Shown here one piece after another: positions 8,401 through 16,505 of a stretch of 64,000 nucleotides of DNA (its first letter is position 1; the number at the start of each line of letters is the position of its first letter). The position numbers and the translations under genes are program-made. The notes beneath the pieces were generated by a model. It did no database searches. It was given only the letters and a program-made list of their open reading frames with translations, and was not told the DNA's origin. The stretch is from Myxococcota bacterium (GTDB lineage Bacteria > Myxococcota_A > UBA9160 > UBA4427): NCBI GenBank assembly GCA_965250285.1, contig OZ252299.1, forward strand, positions 3,936,001 to 4,000,000. The letters are read 5' to 3'.

Positions 8401-11400
8401 CGTGCCGTCGCTGTCGGCGTCGGCGAGCGACGACTCGAGATAGTCGGGGGTGCCGTCGCCGTCGCTGTCGGTGAGCTCGCCTTCGGCGAAGTCGCTCGCC
8501 CCGTCGCCGTCGCTGTCCTGCGCACAGGCCGCCACGAACACCTGCGGTGCGCAGGCATCGCCGTCGGCCGCGTCGGCCTGATCGGGCGTGCCGTCGCCGT
8601 CGGCATCGGCGACCGACGACTCGAGATAGTCGGGCGTGCCGTCGCCATCGGCGTCGGCGAGCTCGCCCTCGTCGAAGTCGCTCGTGCCGTCGCCGTCGCT
8701 GTCCTGGGCGCACGAAGCGACGAACACCTGCGGAACGCACGTGTCGGCGTCGTCCGCATCAACCTGATCGGGCGTCCCGTCGCTGTCGGTGTCGGCGACC
8801 GACGACTCGAGGTAGTCGGGGGTGCCGTCGCCGTCGCTGTCGGTGAGCTCGCCCTCGTCGAAGTCACTCGTGCCGTCGCCGTCGCTGTCCTGAGCGCACG
8901 CCGCCACGAACACCTGCGGCGCGCAGGCGTCGCCATCGGCCGCATCGGCCTGGTCGGGCGTGCCGTCGCCATCCGCATCGGCGAGCGACGACTCGAGATA
9001 GTCGGGCGTGCCATCGCCGTCACTGTCGGTGAGCTGACCCTCGGCGAAGTCGCTCGCGCCGTCGCCGTCGCTGTCCTGTGCACAGGCCGCCACGAACACC
9101 TGCGGTGCGCAGGCGTCGCCGTCGGCCGCGTCGGCCTGATCCGGCGTGCCGTCGCCGTCGGCATCGGCCAGCGATGACTCGAGGTAGTCGGGCGTGCCGT
9201 CGCCGTCGCTGTCGGTCAGCTGGCCTTCGGCGAAGTCGCTCGTACCGTCGCCATCGCTGTCCAGCGCGCAGGCGGCGACGAAGACCTGGGGCACGCACGT
9301 ATCGCCATCGCCCGGGTCCGACTCGTCGGGCGTGCCGTCGGCGTCGGCGTCGGTCAGCGACGACTCGAGGTAGTCGGGCGTGCCGTCCCCATCGCTGTCG
9401 GTGAACTCGCCTTCGGCGAAGTCGGTGGCACCGTCGCCGTCGCTGTCCTGCGCGCAGGCGCCGACGAACACGTCGGGCAGACACGCGTCGGCGTCGGCTG
9501 CGTCTTCTTCATCAACCGTGCCGTCGCCGTCTGCATCGTCGAGGGACGACTCGAGGTAGTCGGGCGTGCCATCGCCGTCGGTGTCGACCGTTTCTCCCTC
9601 TTCGAAGTCGCTCGTGCCGTCGCCATCCGTGTCCTGGGCGCAAGCCGCGACGAAGGCCGTCGGCACGCACGCATCGGCGTTCGCGGGGTCGAACTCGTCG
9701 GTGACGCCATCGGCGTCGGTATCGGCGAGCGAAGACTCGAGATAGTCGGGGGTACCGTCGGCGTCGGCGTCGGCCAGCTCGGTCTCGTCGAAGTCGCTCT
9801 CGCCGTCGCCGTCGCTGTCCTGTGCGCAGGCGCCGACGAAGACCTCGGGCACGCAGGGGTCTGCGGGCGCGCCGTCGGTCAGGTTGGGCGTGCCGTCGCC
9901 GTCATCGTCGTCGAAGACCCCGAGATCACCCGATTCGGCCTCGCGCAGGAAGCTCGCGAGCTCGGTCACCGTGCCTGCAGGAAGGCTCGCGAACGCGGTG
10001 TGCGCGGTGATGGCGGCCTCGAGCGTCTGAGCCTCACCGTCGTGCAGGAACGGCGGGGTCGACCAGGCGCCGACCAACCCCGGCGAGTCGAAGCCGTCGA
10101 GGGGGGCATTCAGGCGCAGGCCGCTCGCCGCATCGATCGTGCCGATGTCGTGGCGCAGGCCGAGGGGAGAGTCGGTCAGCTGGGTGGCGCTGTGGCAGTC
10201 GAGACAGCCCTGTTGCGCGAACTCGATCTGACCCGCCTGCGCGGTCGCGCTCATTGCGCCGGCGCTCGGCCGATGCGGACTGGTCGGCGTCTCGGTCAGC
10301 GACAGGACATAGGCCGCGAGCGCATCGAGGTCGGCGTTCATGCCGGCCTTCGCCGCGCCGAGCGGGTCGCCGGCCGCAGCGAACTGTGCGGGCGTCAGGA
10401 AGCCGAGCCCGAGGTTGAGCGACCGAATCTGGCCCTCGAAATCCTGCACCTCGTCGAAGTTGCCCGTCCAATGCAGCAGACCGTGGCCATCGCCCTTGCC
10501 CTTGAGCGAGATCGTCTTGCGCAGCCCCTCGCCGAACTGACCGAGATCCCACGTTCGACCATCGTCTCGGCCGTTCTTGTGGCACGAGGCGCAGCTCATG
10601 TAGTTGTCGAGCGAGAGACGATCGTCGGCCGCGTCGTAGAAGTGCTGCTTGCCGAGCAGAACGTCGGGCGTCAACGACTCGACGCTCACGACGGGCACCG
10701 GCGAGAGCAGGTTCGTCGCCGGCAGGTTCTTCTGCAGCATCTCGGTGAGGTCGAAGCGCGAGACGCTGCGGTCGAGGAAGTTGTGCACGTAGGCGCGGCT
10801 GCCGTCGGTCGACAGCGCGACGCTCTGCGGCGCGCGGCCCGTGGGCAGGCGCATCAGCTGGAAGCCGTTGAGCGTGTCGTAGACCGCGAGCTCACGGCTC
10901 GTCTCGAGCGTCACGAACAGATATCGATCGTCACCGCTCAGCGCTGCGCCCGTCGCCACACTCGAATTGTCGTGATCGACGCGGAAGAGCGGATCCTCGA
11001 GCTCGGTCGACAGGATGATGCGCGACGTGTTCGCGCGCACGGTCGACTCGAACGTCATCCCCGGCATGCCGCGGAGCAGACCGGTCTGGATGTTGTCCTT
11101 CTTGGTCGGCACGTAAGCGAACTGGCCGTCGAAGCTCACCACCGGCGCGCCGAGATAGTTCGGCAGGCCCGGCCCCTGCACCTCGGACTGCGAGCGTCCA
11201 TCGTGGGGCAGGCCGATCGTCGTGCCGAGCGTCATCGCGGCGGGATCGACGGTGAAGACTTCGCCGCCACCGGCGCCGAGGTTGGGCGTCACCGTGTACT
11301 CGTCGGGGACCGGCGGGGTGATGAAGTTGCTGACGAAGAGCTTGCTGTCGTCGTGCGTGAGCGACAGGTGCCTGGGCGTGCCGCTCAGCGGCAGGCTCGC

Positions 11401-14400
11401 GACCAGCGAGTGGTCGGCTGCGAGACGCTTCTCGAGCGTGGCCGTCGCCTCGAGCACGACGAAGTAGTGCAAACCGTCGCTGCTGAACACGATGCCGTGA
11501 GGCGCCGTGCCATGAGGCAGATCGAACGTGTGGTCGACGGCCAGCAGCACCGTGTCGATGACGCTCACCTGCGCCGACGCCTTGTTCGTGACGAACACGC
11601 GATCGGCCCCGGGCTGCTTCGCGAGCGACCAGGGGTTGTCACCGACGACGATCTCGGCGACCACGCTGCCGGCGTCGTCCATGGCGCTGACGGTGTCGTT
11701 GTCGGGGTTCACATTCCAGATGCGATCCCCGGCGCCGGTGTCCTCGACCAGCAGGGTCGTCGACAGACGCGGCGCCGAAGGCAGGGGCGTCACCGGCACG
11801 AGCGAGCTGATCGAGATCTGGCCGATCTCGGTCCGCCGCGCGGTCGGTGTGGGGTAGTCGGCGCCGGTCTGGTCGTCGAGGACATCCCAGGTGGCCCCAT
11901 CCGTGCTGCCCTCGAGGAGCCAGCGCACGGGGTCGCGTCCGTCCTGATCGTTCGCCGTCGTGAACGTATAGAAGTCGATCTCGACGTTCTGCCCCATGTC
12001 GAGCACGAGGGGCTGTCGGTTCGTATCGCGCCACTTCGTGTTCGTGTTCTCGTCGTTGACGCGCCCCGCCGAGTCGTTGCTGCCGTTGTTGCCGCCGGGG
12101 TTGGTCACCGCGAAGGCGAGCGTGCGCGTCGCGCCCTGGTACAGCGAGAACTCCGAGAGCTGTACCGAGTTGGCGCCCGCGTCGTCGCGCAGCTGGGTCG
12201 GCGTGAACCGGTAGTAGCGATAGCCCGGGAAGGTCGTCGGGATCAGCCTCGCGTCGGCCCAATCGGCGCTGTCCCCGCAGCCGTCGCCGTTGTCGAAGAC
12301 CTTGAGCGTCAGCATCTGGGCGCCTGCGACGTCGAGGTTGACCACCTCCGTGAGCGTCGTATCGATGAAGCTCCCGCTCGCATAGACGTTGACGTGATCG
12401 AGATCGACCTCGAAGCTCACGTCACCACACAGGCCGTCCCTTTCATCATCGAGGCCGATGCGCGAGATGAACCGGTCGTACTGACCGTCGAGGCGCACGT
12501 CGATCTCACTGAACGCGTGCACGCCGATGCCCTTGTCGTAGATGACACCATCGAGCGTGAGCGGCCCGCCGTCTGCAATGGCCGCGCCGCCGTTGGCGCT
12601 GTCGCGTTCGGCCGGCCCGAGGCCGTTGACCTCGCTGTCCCAGACGAGATCCGAGACGTAGACGCCGCCCTCGGGCTCGGGCGGGGGCACGAAGGCGCGC
12701 TGCACGTTGATCGTCTCGCCGATCGAAGGCGTCCCGTCGGCCTGCACCGCGAACAGCCAGTAGTTGCCCACGATGAGCACGTTCGGGTTGGCCGGGAAGC
12801 TCACCGTGAACGTGCCGTCGCCGTTGTCGACATGGCTCAGCGGCAGGAAGCGCTGGTCGGTGTTCAGGTGATGCGTGGTGCCCGAGAGGCGCACGATCGA
12901 GAACGAGGCCGTATCGGCGCTCGCGGTCACGACGAGGTCGTCGCCGGCGTTCAAGACGGTATCTGCCGGGACCGACAGGGTCGGACGCACGGCCGGGCTG
13001 TCGTCGCTCTCGAACAGATACGGCGGCGAGAAGATCTGGCCATCGAGGTGATTCGCGCTGCAGCCACCGCACGCGCCACCGCCCGCCGCGAGCACGCGGC
13101 CATCCTTGAGCAGCAGAGCCGTCGAGTGGTAGTTGCGCGGGATCGAGATCGCGTCGACGACTTCCCAGCTGTCGGTCGCCGGATCGTAGATCTCGGCCGG
13201 CAGCACCGAGCCTTCGTCACTGAAGATCTTCGCGACGGTATTGCCACCGATCACGAGGACCTGACCGTTCGGCATCACCACCGAGTTGCTGAGCGCGCGG
13301 GGGAAGGTCATCGGAGCGCCCTGCGTGAGTAGGGGCGCGGGGCCGTTCAGGTCGATCAGGTAGACGTTGTCGACGGTGGTCGGGGGATCGGCGCGACGAT
13401 CGGCCCCGCCGATCAGCATGAGCTTGCCCGCGTCGTAGTTGACGGCGTTGCCGTACATGCGGGGGCTGTCGCCGATCATCTGGCCGAGGACGACGTTCGG
13501 TGCCCCCCCGATCGGATCGAATCGATGCCAGGTCTGGGTCGGGCCCGCCATCATGATGTCGCCCTGGGGCGCCACGGTGAGATGCGACCACCACTCGTGG
13601 TTCAGCGCGCCCGTCGGGTTGGGCGCCGACTGGATCGCACTCTGCTCGCTCACCAGCGTCTGCATGTTCGCGTTGGGCGTGGCCGTCCAGGTATTCGTCG
13701 CGGGGTCGTAGAGCTCCGAACGGTTGCCCGCGTCCTTGCCGAAGCTCGAGAAGACCCGGTTGTCGGGCATCGTCACGTTCGTCGCGTACCAGCGACGGTC
13801 GATCATGTCGGCCCGGGGCGACCACTCGAGGCTGTCGGGATCGAACGCCGACGTGCGCCGATCGCTCGGATTGCCGCCGCTCGCGAGGATCGTGCCGTCC
13901 TCGAGGGTCGTGATCCCAGCGCAGAACATGTCGTGAAAATTGCTGTCGGCGTTCAGGAACGACGCGTCGGTCGGGTCGAAGACCGAGGCGTGGGTGAACG
14001 TCGGGCCGCTCGGGAAGCGGTTCGTCTCGGTCGACGACCACGAGACGATGCGGCCATCGGGCAGGTTGGCCGCCGAGATCGCAATGTGCGGCCACTGGAT
14101 CACCGGCCCCCAGCTGCCCACGAGATGCTCGTCCGAGCTCGTGTACGAGAGCACCCCGTCGGGCGGGATCGGCTCGTAGGTGGGGTTGCCCGTCTTGTAG
14201 CCGGCCTCGATGAGCTGACCGCCCGTCTTCTCGAACATCTCGACGCGCAGGTCGTGCAGACCCGGCGTCAAGGTCACCGAGTTGACGACCGTGGTCGGGC
14301 CGTGGAGACCGTCGTTGTCGACGATCAGCACATCGTCGATATAGAGGCGAGAGCCGTCGTCCGAGCGCGTGTAGAACTCGTAGTCGGCCTCGGTCGGGAC

Positions 14401-14658
14401 ATCGATCTGCTTGTAGAAGACGAGGCCGAAGTTGTCGGTCAGCCCCTCGTTGACCGCGGCCGACACGTGGATGGTCGGTCGCACCACGGTGGCGACGGGG
14501 GTCAGCAGTGTGAAGTCGGGCAGCTGGTTCCAGCTACCGCTGTAGACGTCGACGTCGAACTCGGCCTCGGCCCGCTGCGCCCCGCCGGCGAGGCCTAAGA
14601 ACGTGAGAACGACCGCCAGCACGAGTCGGGCACGGCGTCCCGGCGGGAATCGAAGCAC
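5443..14658 (-). CDS. Giant exported multidomain protein: PA14 + copper-radical oxidase (galactose-oxidase-like kelch + DUF1929/Ig) + NPCBM + discoidin-like + YVTN beta-propeller + di-haem c peroxidase-like + Asp/Cys repeats + C-terminal sorting signal
   Basis: Signal peptide (RRARLVLAVVLTFLGLAGGAQRAEA); PA14 SDDGSRLYID..DNDGLH; DMFCAG, RRWYAT, RNYHS, TTHHLNTDQR; NPCBM (YDKGIGVHA...DWADARL); CASCH and CLDCH; tail VPVAGPVGQW-TM-RRERPAKR. The start is uncertain: the ORF is open to 14814, and GTG 14658 was chosen because it gives a signal peptide. Confidence 0.85.
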   Translation of the reverse strand: MLRFPPGRRARLVLAVVLTFLGLAGGAQRAEAEFDVDVYSGSWNQLPDFTLLTPVATVVRPTIHVSAAVNEGLTDNFGLVFYKQIDVPTEADYEFYTRSDDGSRLYIDDVLIVDNDGLHGPTTVVNSVTLTPGLHDLRVEMFEKTGGQLIEAGYKTGNPTYEPIPPDGVLSYTSSDEHLVGSWGPVIQWPHIAISAANLPDGRIVSWSSTETNRFPSGPTFTHASVFDPTDASFLNADSNFHDMFCAGITTLEDGTILASGGNPSDRRTSAFDPDSLEWSPRADMIDRRWYATNVTMPDNRVFSSFGKDAGNRSELYDPATNTWTATPNANMQTLVSEQSAIQSAPNPTGALNHEWWSHLTVAPQGDIMMAGPTQTWHRFDPIGGAPNVVLGQMIGDSPRMYGNAVNYDAGKLMLIGGADRRADPPTTVDNVYLIDLNGPAPLLTQGAPMTFPRALSNSVVMPNGQVLVIGGNTVAKIFSDEGSVLPAEIYDPATDSWEVVDAISIPRNYHSTALLLKDGRVLAAGGGACGGCSANHLDGQIFSPPYLFESDDSPAVRPTLSVPADTVLNAGDDLVVTASADTASFSIVRLSGTTHHLNTDQRFLPLSHVDNGDGTFTVSFPANPNVLIVGNYWLFAVQADGTPSIGETINVQRAFVPPPEPEGGVYVSDLVWDSEVNGLGPAERDSANGGAAIADGGPLTLDGVIYDKGIGVHAFSEIDVRLDGQYDRFISRIGLDDERDGLCGDVSFEVDLDHVNVYASGSFIDTTLTEVVNLDVAGAQMLTLKVFDNGDGCGDSADWADARLIPTTFPGYRYYRFTPTQLRDDAGANSVQLSEFSLYQGATRTLAFAVTNPGGNNGSNDSAGRVNDENTNTKWRDTNRQPLVLDMGQNVEIDFYTFTTANDQDGRDPVRWLLEGSTDGATWDVLDDQTGADYPTPTARRTEIGQISISSLVPVTPLPSAPRLSTTLLVEDTGAGDRIWNVNPDNDTVSAMDDAGSVVAEIVVGDNPWSLAKQPGADRVFVTNKASAQVSVIDTVLLAVDHTFDLPHGTAPHGIVFSSDGLHYFVVLEATATLEKRLAADHSLVASLPLSGTPRHLSLTHDDSKLFVSNFITPPVPDEYTVTPNLGAGGGEVFTVDPAAMTLGTTIGLPHDGRSQSEVQGPGLPNYLGAPVVSFDGQFAYVPTKKDNIQTGLLRGMPGMTFESTVRANTSRIILSTELEDPLFRVDHDNSSVATGAALSGDDRYLFVTLETSRELAVYDTLNGFQLMRLPTGRAPQSVALSTDGSRAYVHNFLDRSVSRFDLTEMLQKNLPATNLLSPVPVVSVESLTPDVLLGKQHFYDAADDRLSLDNYMSCASCHKNGRDDGRTWDLGQFGEGLRKTISLKGKGDGHGLLHWTGNFDEVQDFEGQIRSLNLGLGFLTPAQFAAAGDPLGAAKAGMNADLDALAAYVLSLTETPTSPHRPSAGAMSATAQAGQIEFAQQGCLDCHSATQLTDSPLGLRHDIGTIDAASGLRLNAPLDGFDSPGLVGAWSTPPFLHDGEAQTLEAAITAHTAFASLPAGTVTELASFLREAESGDLGVFDDDDGDGTPNLTDGAPADPCVPEVFVGACAQDSDGDGESDFDETELADADADGTPDYLESSLADTDADGVTDEFDPANADACVPTAFVAACAQDTDGDGTSDFEEGETVDTDGDGTPDYLESSLDDADGDGTVDEEDAADADACLPDVFVGACAQDSDGDGATDFAEGEFTDSDGDGTPDYLESSLTDADADGTPDESDPGDGDTCVPQVFVAACALDSDGDGTSDFAEGQLTDSDGDGTPDYLESSLADADGDGTPDQADAADGDACAPQVFVAACAQDSDGDGASDFAEGQLTDSDGDGTPDYLESSLADADGDGTPDQADAADGDACAPQVFVAACAQDSDGDGTSDFDEGELTDSDGDGTPDYLESSVADTDSDGTPDQVDADDADTCVPQVFVASCAQDSDGDGTSDFDEGELADADGDGTPDYLESSVADADGDGTPDQADAADGDACAPQVFVAACAQDSDGDGASDFAEGELTDSDGDGTPDYLESSLADADSDGTPDQTDAADGDACAPQVFVAACAQDSDGDGTTDFAEGELTDSDGDGTPDYLESALADADGDGTPDQADAGDGDACVPQVFVAACAQDSDGDGVSDFAEGQLTDSDGDGTPDYLESSLADADGDGTPDQADAGDADTCVPQVFVAACAQDTDGDGATDFAEGELTDSDGDGTPDYLESSLADADSDGTPDQADAADGDACAPEVFVAACGQDTDGDGATDFAEGELTDSDGDGTPDYLESSLADADSDGTPDQADAADGDACAPQVFVAACAQDSDGDGATDFAEGELTDSDGDGTPDYLESSLADADADGTADQADAADGDACVPQVFVAACAQDSDGDGASDFAEGQLTDSDGDGTPDYLESSVADADSDGTADQADADDADTCIPQVFIAACAQDSDGDGATDFAEGELADADGDGTPDYLESSVADADSDGTADQVDADDADTCVPQVFIAACAQDSDGDGASDFAEGELTDTDGDGTPDYLESSLADADNDGTPDQADAADADACAPQVFVAACAQDSDGDGATDFAEGELTDSDGDGTPDYLESSLADADSDGTPDQADAADGDACAPQVFVAACAQDTDGDGVSDFAEGELADADGDGTPDYLESSLADADSDGTADQADADDADTCVPQVFIAACAQDSDGDGATDFAEGELADADGDGTPDYLESSVADADSDGTPDQTDADDVDTCVPQVFVAACGQDSDGDGLTDFFEGELADADGDGTPDYLESILADADADGVDDQTDPANDDACVPAAFVAACTQDTDGDGATDFAEGETTDTDGDGTPDYLESSIADADADGTVDQSDPADADTCVPEVFIAECTQDSDGDGATDFAEGETADADGDGDPDYLESSIADADGDGTVDQSDPANDDGCLPEVFVSVCSYDSDGDGATDFEETELADTDGDGTPDYLESSVADADFDGVMDQFDPADGNDCVPNPGACAHAVPVAGPVGQWIAAVMLMLVGVGLIGRRERPAKR
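5560..9910 (-). repeat. Intragenic tandem repeat, 186 bp / 62 aa unit, 23 copies of the YLES core (thrombospondin-type-3-like DxDxDG repeats with a C-x8-C pair)
   Basis: The YLES anchor (GA(C/T)TCGAG(A/G)TAG on +) recurs at 5642, 5828 ... 9734, exactly 22 x 186 bp apart end to end. Consensus DSDGDGTPDYLESSLADADGDGTPDQADAADGDACAPQVFVAACAQDSDGDGASDFAEGELT. Confidence 0.95.
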
Positions 14659-15127
14659 GTCGGTGGGGGGGATCGGGCGCACGAAGACTCCAGCGGCGGC
14701 GCACGATTCGACGGTCGAGCCCGGGCCCGGATCGACCGGGCAGCGAGGACCGCCAATCGCGTGACGATTCGACGATATGGGGCCCATCTGCTGCGGCAGG
14801 CTCGCCGGCGGCAACCCAGCAAACCCTCGTCACGGTGGCGCCGGGCCCCTCGGCGCCCCATGTCGTGAGTGTCGATTCTACGCACTTGGTGGCGCTACGT
14901 GACGAAGATTACGGACGGATCCGGCAAAATCGGTCGCGCGTCGAGCGCGAGCACAGGGCGGCCTGGGACGAGCCGCGACCAGCCCCGCGCGGATCGGCCC
15001 GGTATGCTCGTAAGTCACCGGATCCGCGCTTCAACTCGCCCGCGATCCAGCCGAGAGAACCCGCATGTCGACCGATCATCTCGCCGCTGTCCGCGCCACG
15101 GCCAGGCCGTGCACACGCCGAACGAAG

Positions 15128-16477
15128 TTGTCGACATCGACCCCGCCGATTCGTGCACACCGATCCCTGATCGTCGTCGCGATCACGTGCGCAGCGCTCC
15201 TCGCCCTCGCGTGCGACGACCGACCCACCCAAGATCCGCAACTCGACCCGCAGCCGCTTGCCAACACTGAGGAAATGCCCGCTCCGGCGTTCAGTGACGC
15301 CGAGCTCGCCCTCCTCGAATCGCTCTCGATTCGCGCTCTGCCGGCGCCGCCACCGAGCCCCTCGAATCGGGTCGCCGACGACCCCGAAGCGATCGAGCTG
15401 GGCCACCGCCTCTTCTTCGATCCGAAGCTCTCGGGCGATGGCCGCATCGCGTGTGCGAGCTGCCACGCACCGGGGCTGCTCTTCACCGACGGCCGACCGA
15501 CCGCCGTGGGCATGGCCGCGACCTCGCGCAACGCGCCGACGGTGGTCGGGGCGGCGCACTCGGCGTGGCAGTTCTGGGATGGCCGCCGCGACAGCCTCTG
15601 GGCCCAGGCGCTCGGCCCGCTCGAAGCCGCCGCCGAGATGGGCACGACCCGCGTGGCCGTCGTGCGGGCGGTCGCGGCCGACCCCGACCTCGCCGCGCGG
15701 TACGAGCGCGTCTTTGGCGCCCTGCCCGACCTCACGGGCCTGCCCGAGCGCGCCGGCCCCTACGGCGATCGCGAGGCGCAGGACGCCTGGTACCGGATGA
15801 GCGAGGCCGACCGCACGGCGATCGACACCGCGTTCGCCCAGGTCGGCAAAGCGATCGCCGCGTATGAACGCCGTCTGCAACCCGGCCCCGCTCGCTACGA
15901 CCGGTGGGTCGCAGCGCTCGGCGCAGGCGACTCGAACCCGCCCGCCGACGCGCGACTCGACGACGAAGAGATCGCGGGCGCTCGGCTCTTCATCGATGCC
16001 GGACGTTCGCTGTGCCTGCGCTGCCACAACGGACCGCAGCTCACGAATCACGCCTTCCACGACGTGGGCACCGCCCTCGGCAATGGTCGACTGCCCGACT
16101 TCGGCCGGTTCCTCGGCCTGCAGGCCGTATTGATCGATCCGTTCAACTGCCTCGGCCCGTACAGCGACGCGCCGCCGAACGAGTGCAAGGAGCTGCGCTT
16201 CATCAACAAGCAGCACGCCGAAGGTGAGATGGGGAAGTTCAAGACGCCGACGCTGCGCGGCTTGCCCCGCACGGGGCCCTACATGCACGATGGCCGGTTC
16301 GCGACACTCGAAGAAGTCGTCGAGCACTACCGCTCGCCGCCGGCGGGCCCCGACACGCTCGAGATCACACCGCTCGACATCGACGACGCCGAGGCGCGGG
16401 CGCTCGCCGCCTTCCTTCGCACGTTCGACGGCGACGTCGCCAGCGATCCGCGGTGGCTGCGCCCCCCGGCGAGCTGA
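15128..16477 (+). CDS. Di-haem cytochrome c peroxidase/MauG superfamily lipoprotein
   Basis: Lipobox LALA-C; LGHRLFFDPKLS, CASCH (15452-15466), RNAPTV, QFWDGRRDSL, CLRCH (16013-16027), FKTPTLR, GPYMHDG. The ORF is open from 15065; TTG 15128 gives a normal signal-peptide length. Confidence 0.88.
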   Translation: MSTSTPPIRAHRSLIVVAITCAALLALACDDRPTQDPQLDPQPLANTEEMPAPAFSDAELALLESLSIRALPAPPPSPSNRVADDPEAIELGHRLFFDPKLSGDGRIACASCHAPGLLFTDGRPTAVGMAATSRNAPTVVGAAHSAWQFWDGRRDSLWAQALGPLEAAAEMGTTRVAVVRAVAADPDLAARYERVFGALPDLTGLPERAGPYGDREAQDAWYRMSEADRTAIDTAFAQVGKAIAAYERRLQPGPARYDRWVAALGAGDSNPPADARLDDEEIAGARLFIDAGRSLCLRCHNGPQLTNHAFHDVGTALGNGRLPDFGRFLGLQAVLIDPFNCLGPYSDAPPNECKELRFINKQHAEGEMGKFKTPTLRGLPRTGPYMHDGRFATLEEVVEHYRSPPAGPDTLEITPLDIDDAEARALAAFLRTFDGDVASDPRWLRPPAS

Positions 16478-16505
16478 CGCGAGCGGAGCAGGTGAAGCGG
16501 CTGGC

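Noticed and set aside
5560..9910. 186-bp repeat array as a CRISPR array or mobile element
   Set aside because: The unit is a multiple of 3, lies in frame within a CDS, varies mostly at synonymous sites, has no unique spacers, and there are no cas genes.
5548..13332. Long plus-strand ORFs (1209 aa at 5548-9177 and 1110 aa at 10000-13332)
   Set aside because: They are antisense shadows of the giant gene, caused by its GC-rich codon bias and repeats. They carry no motifs.
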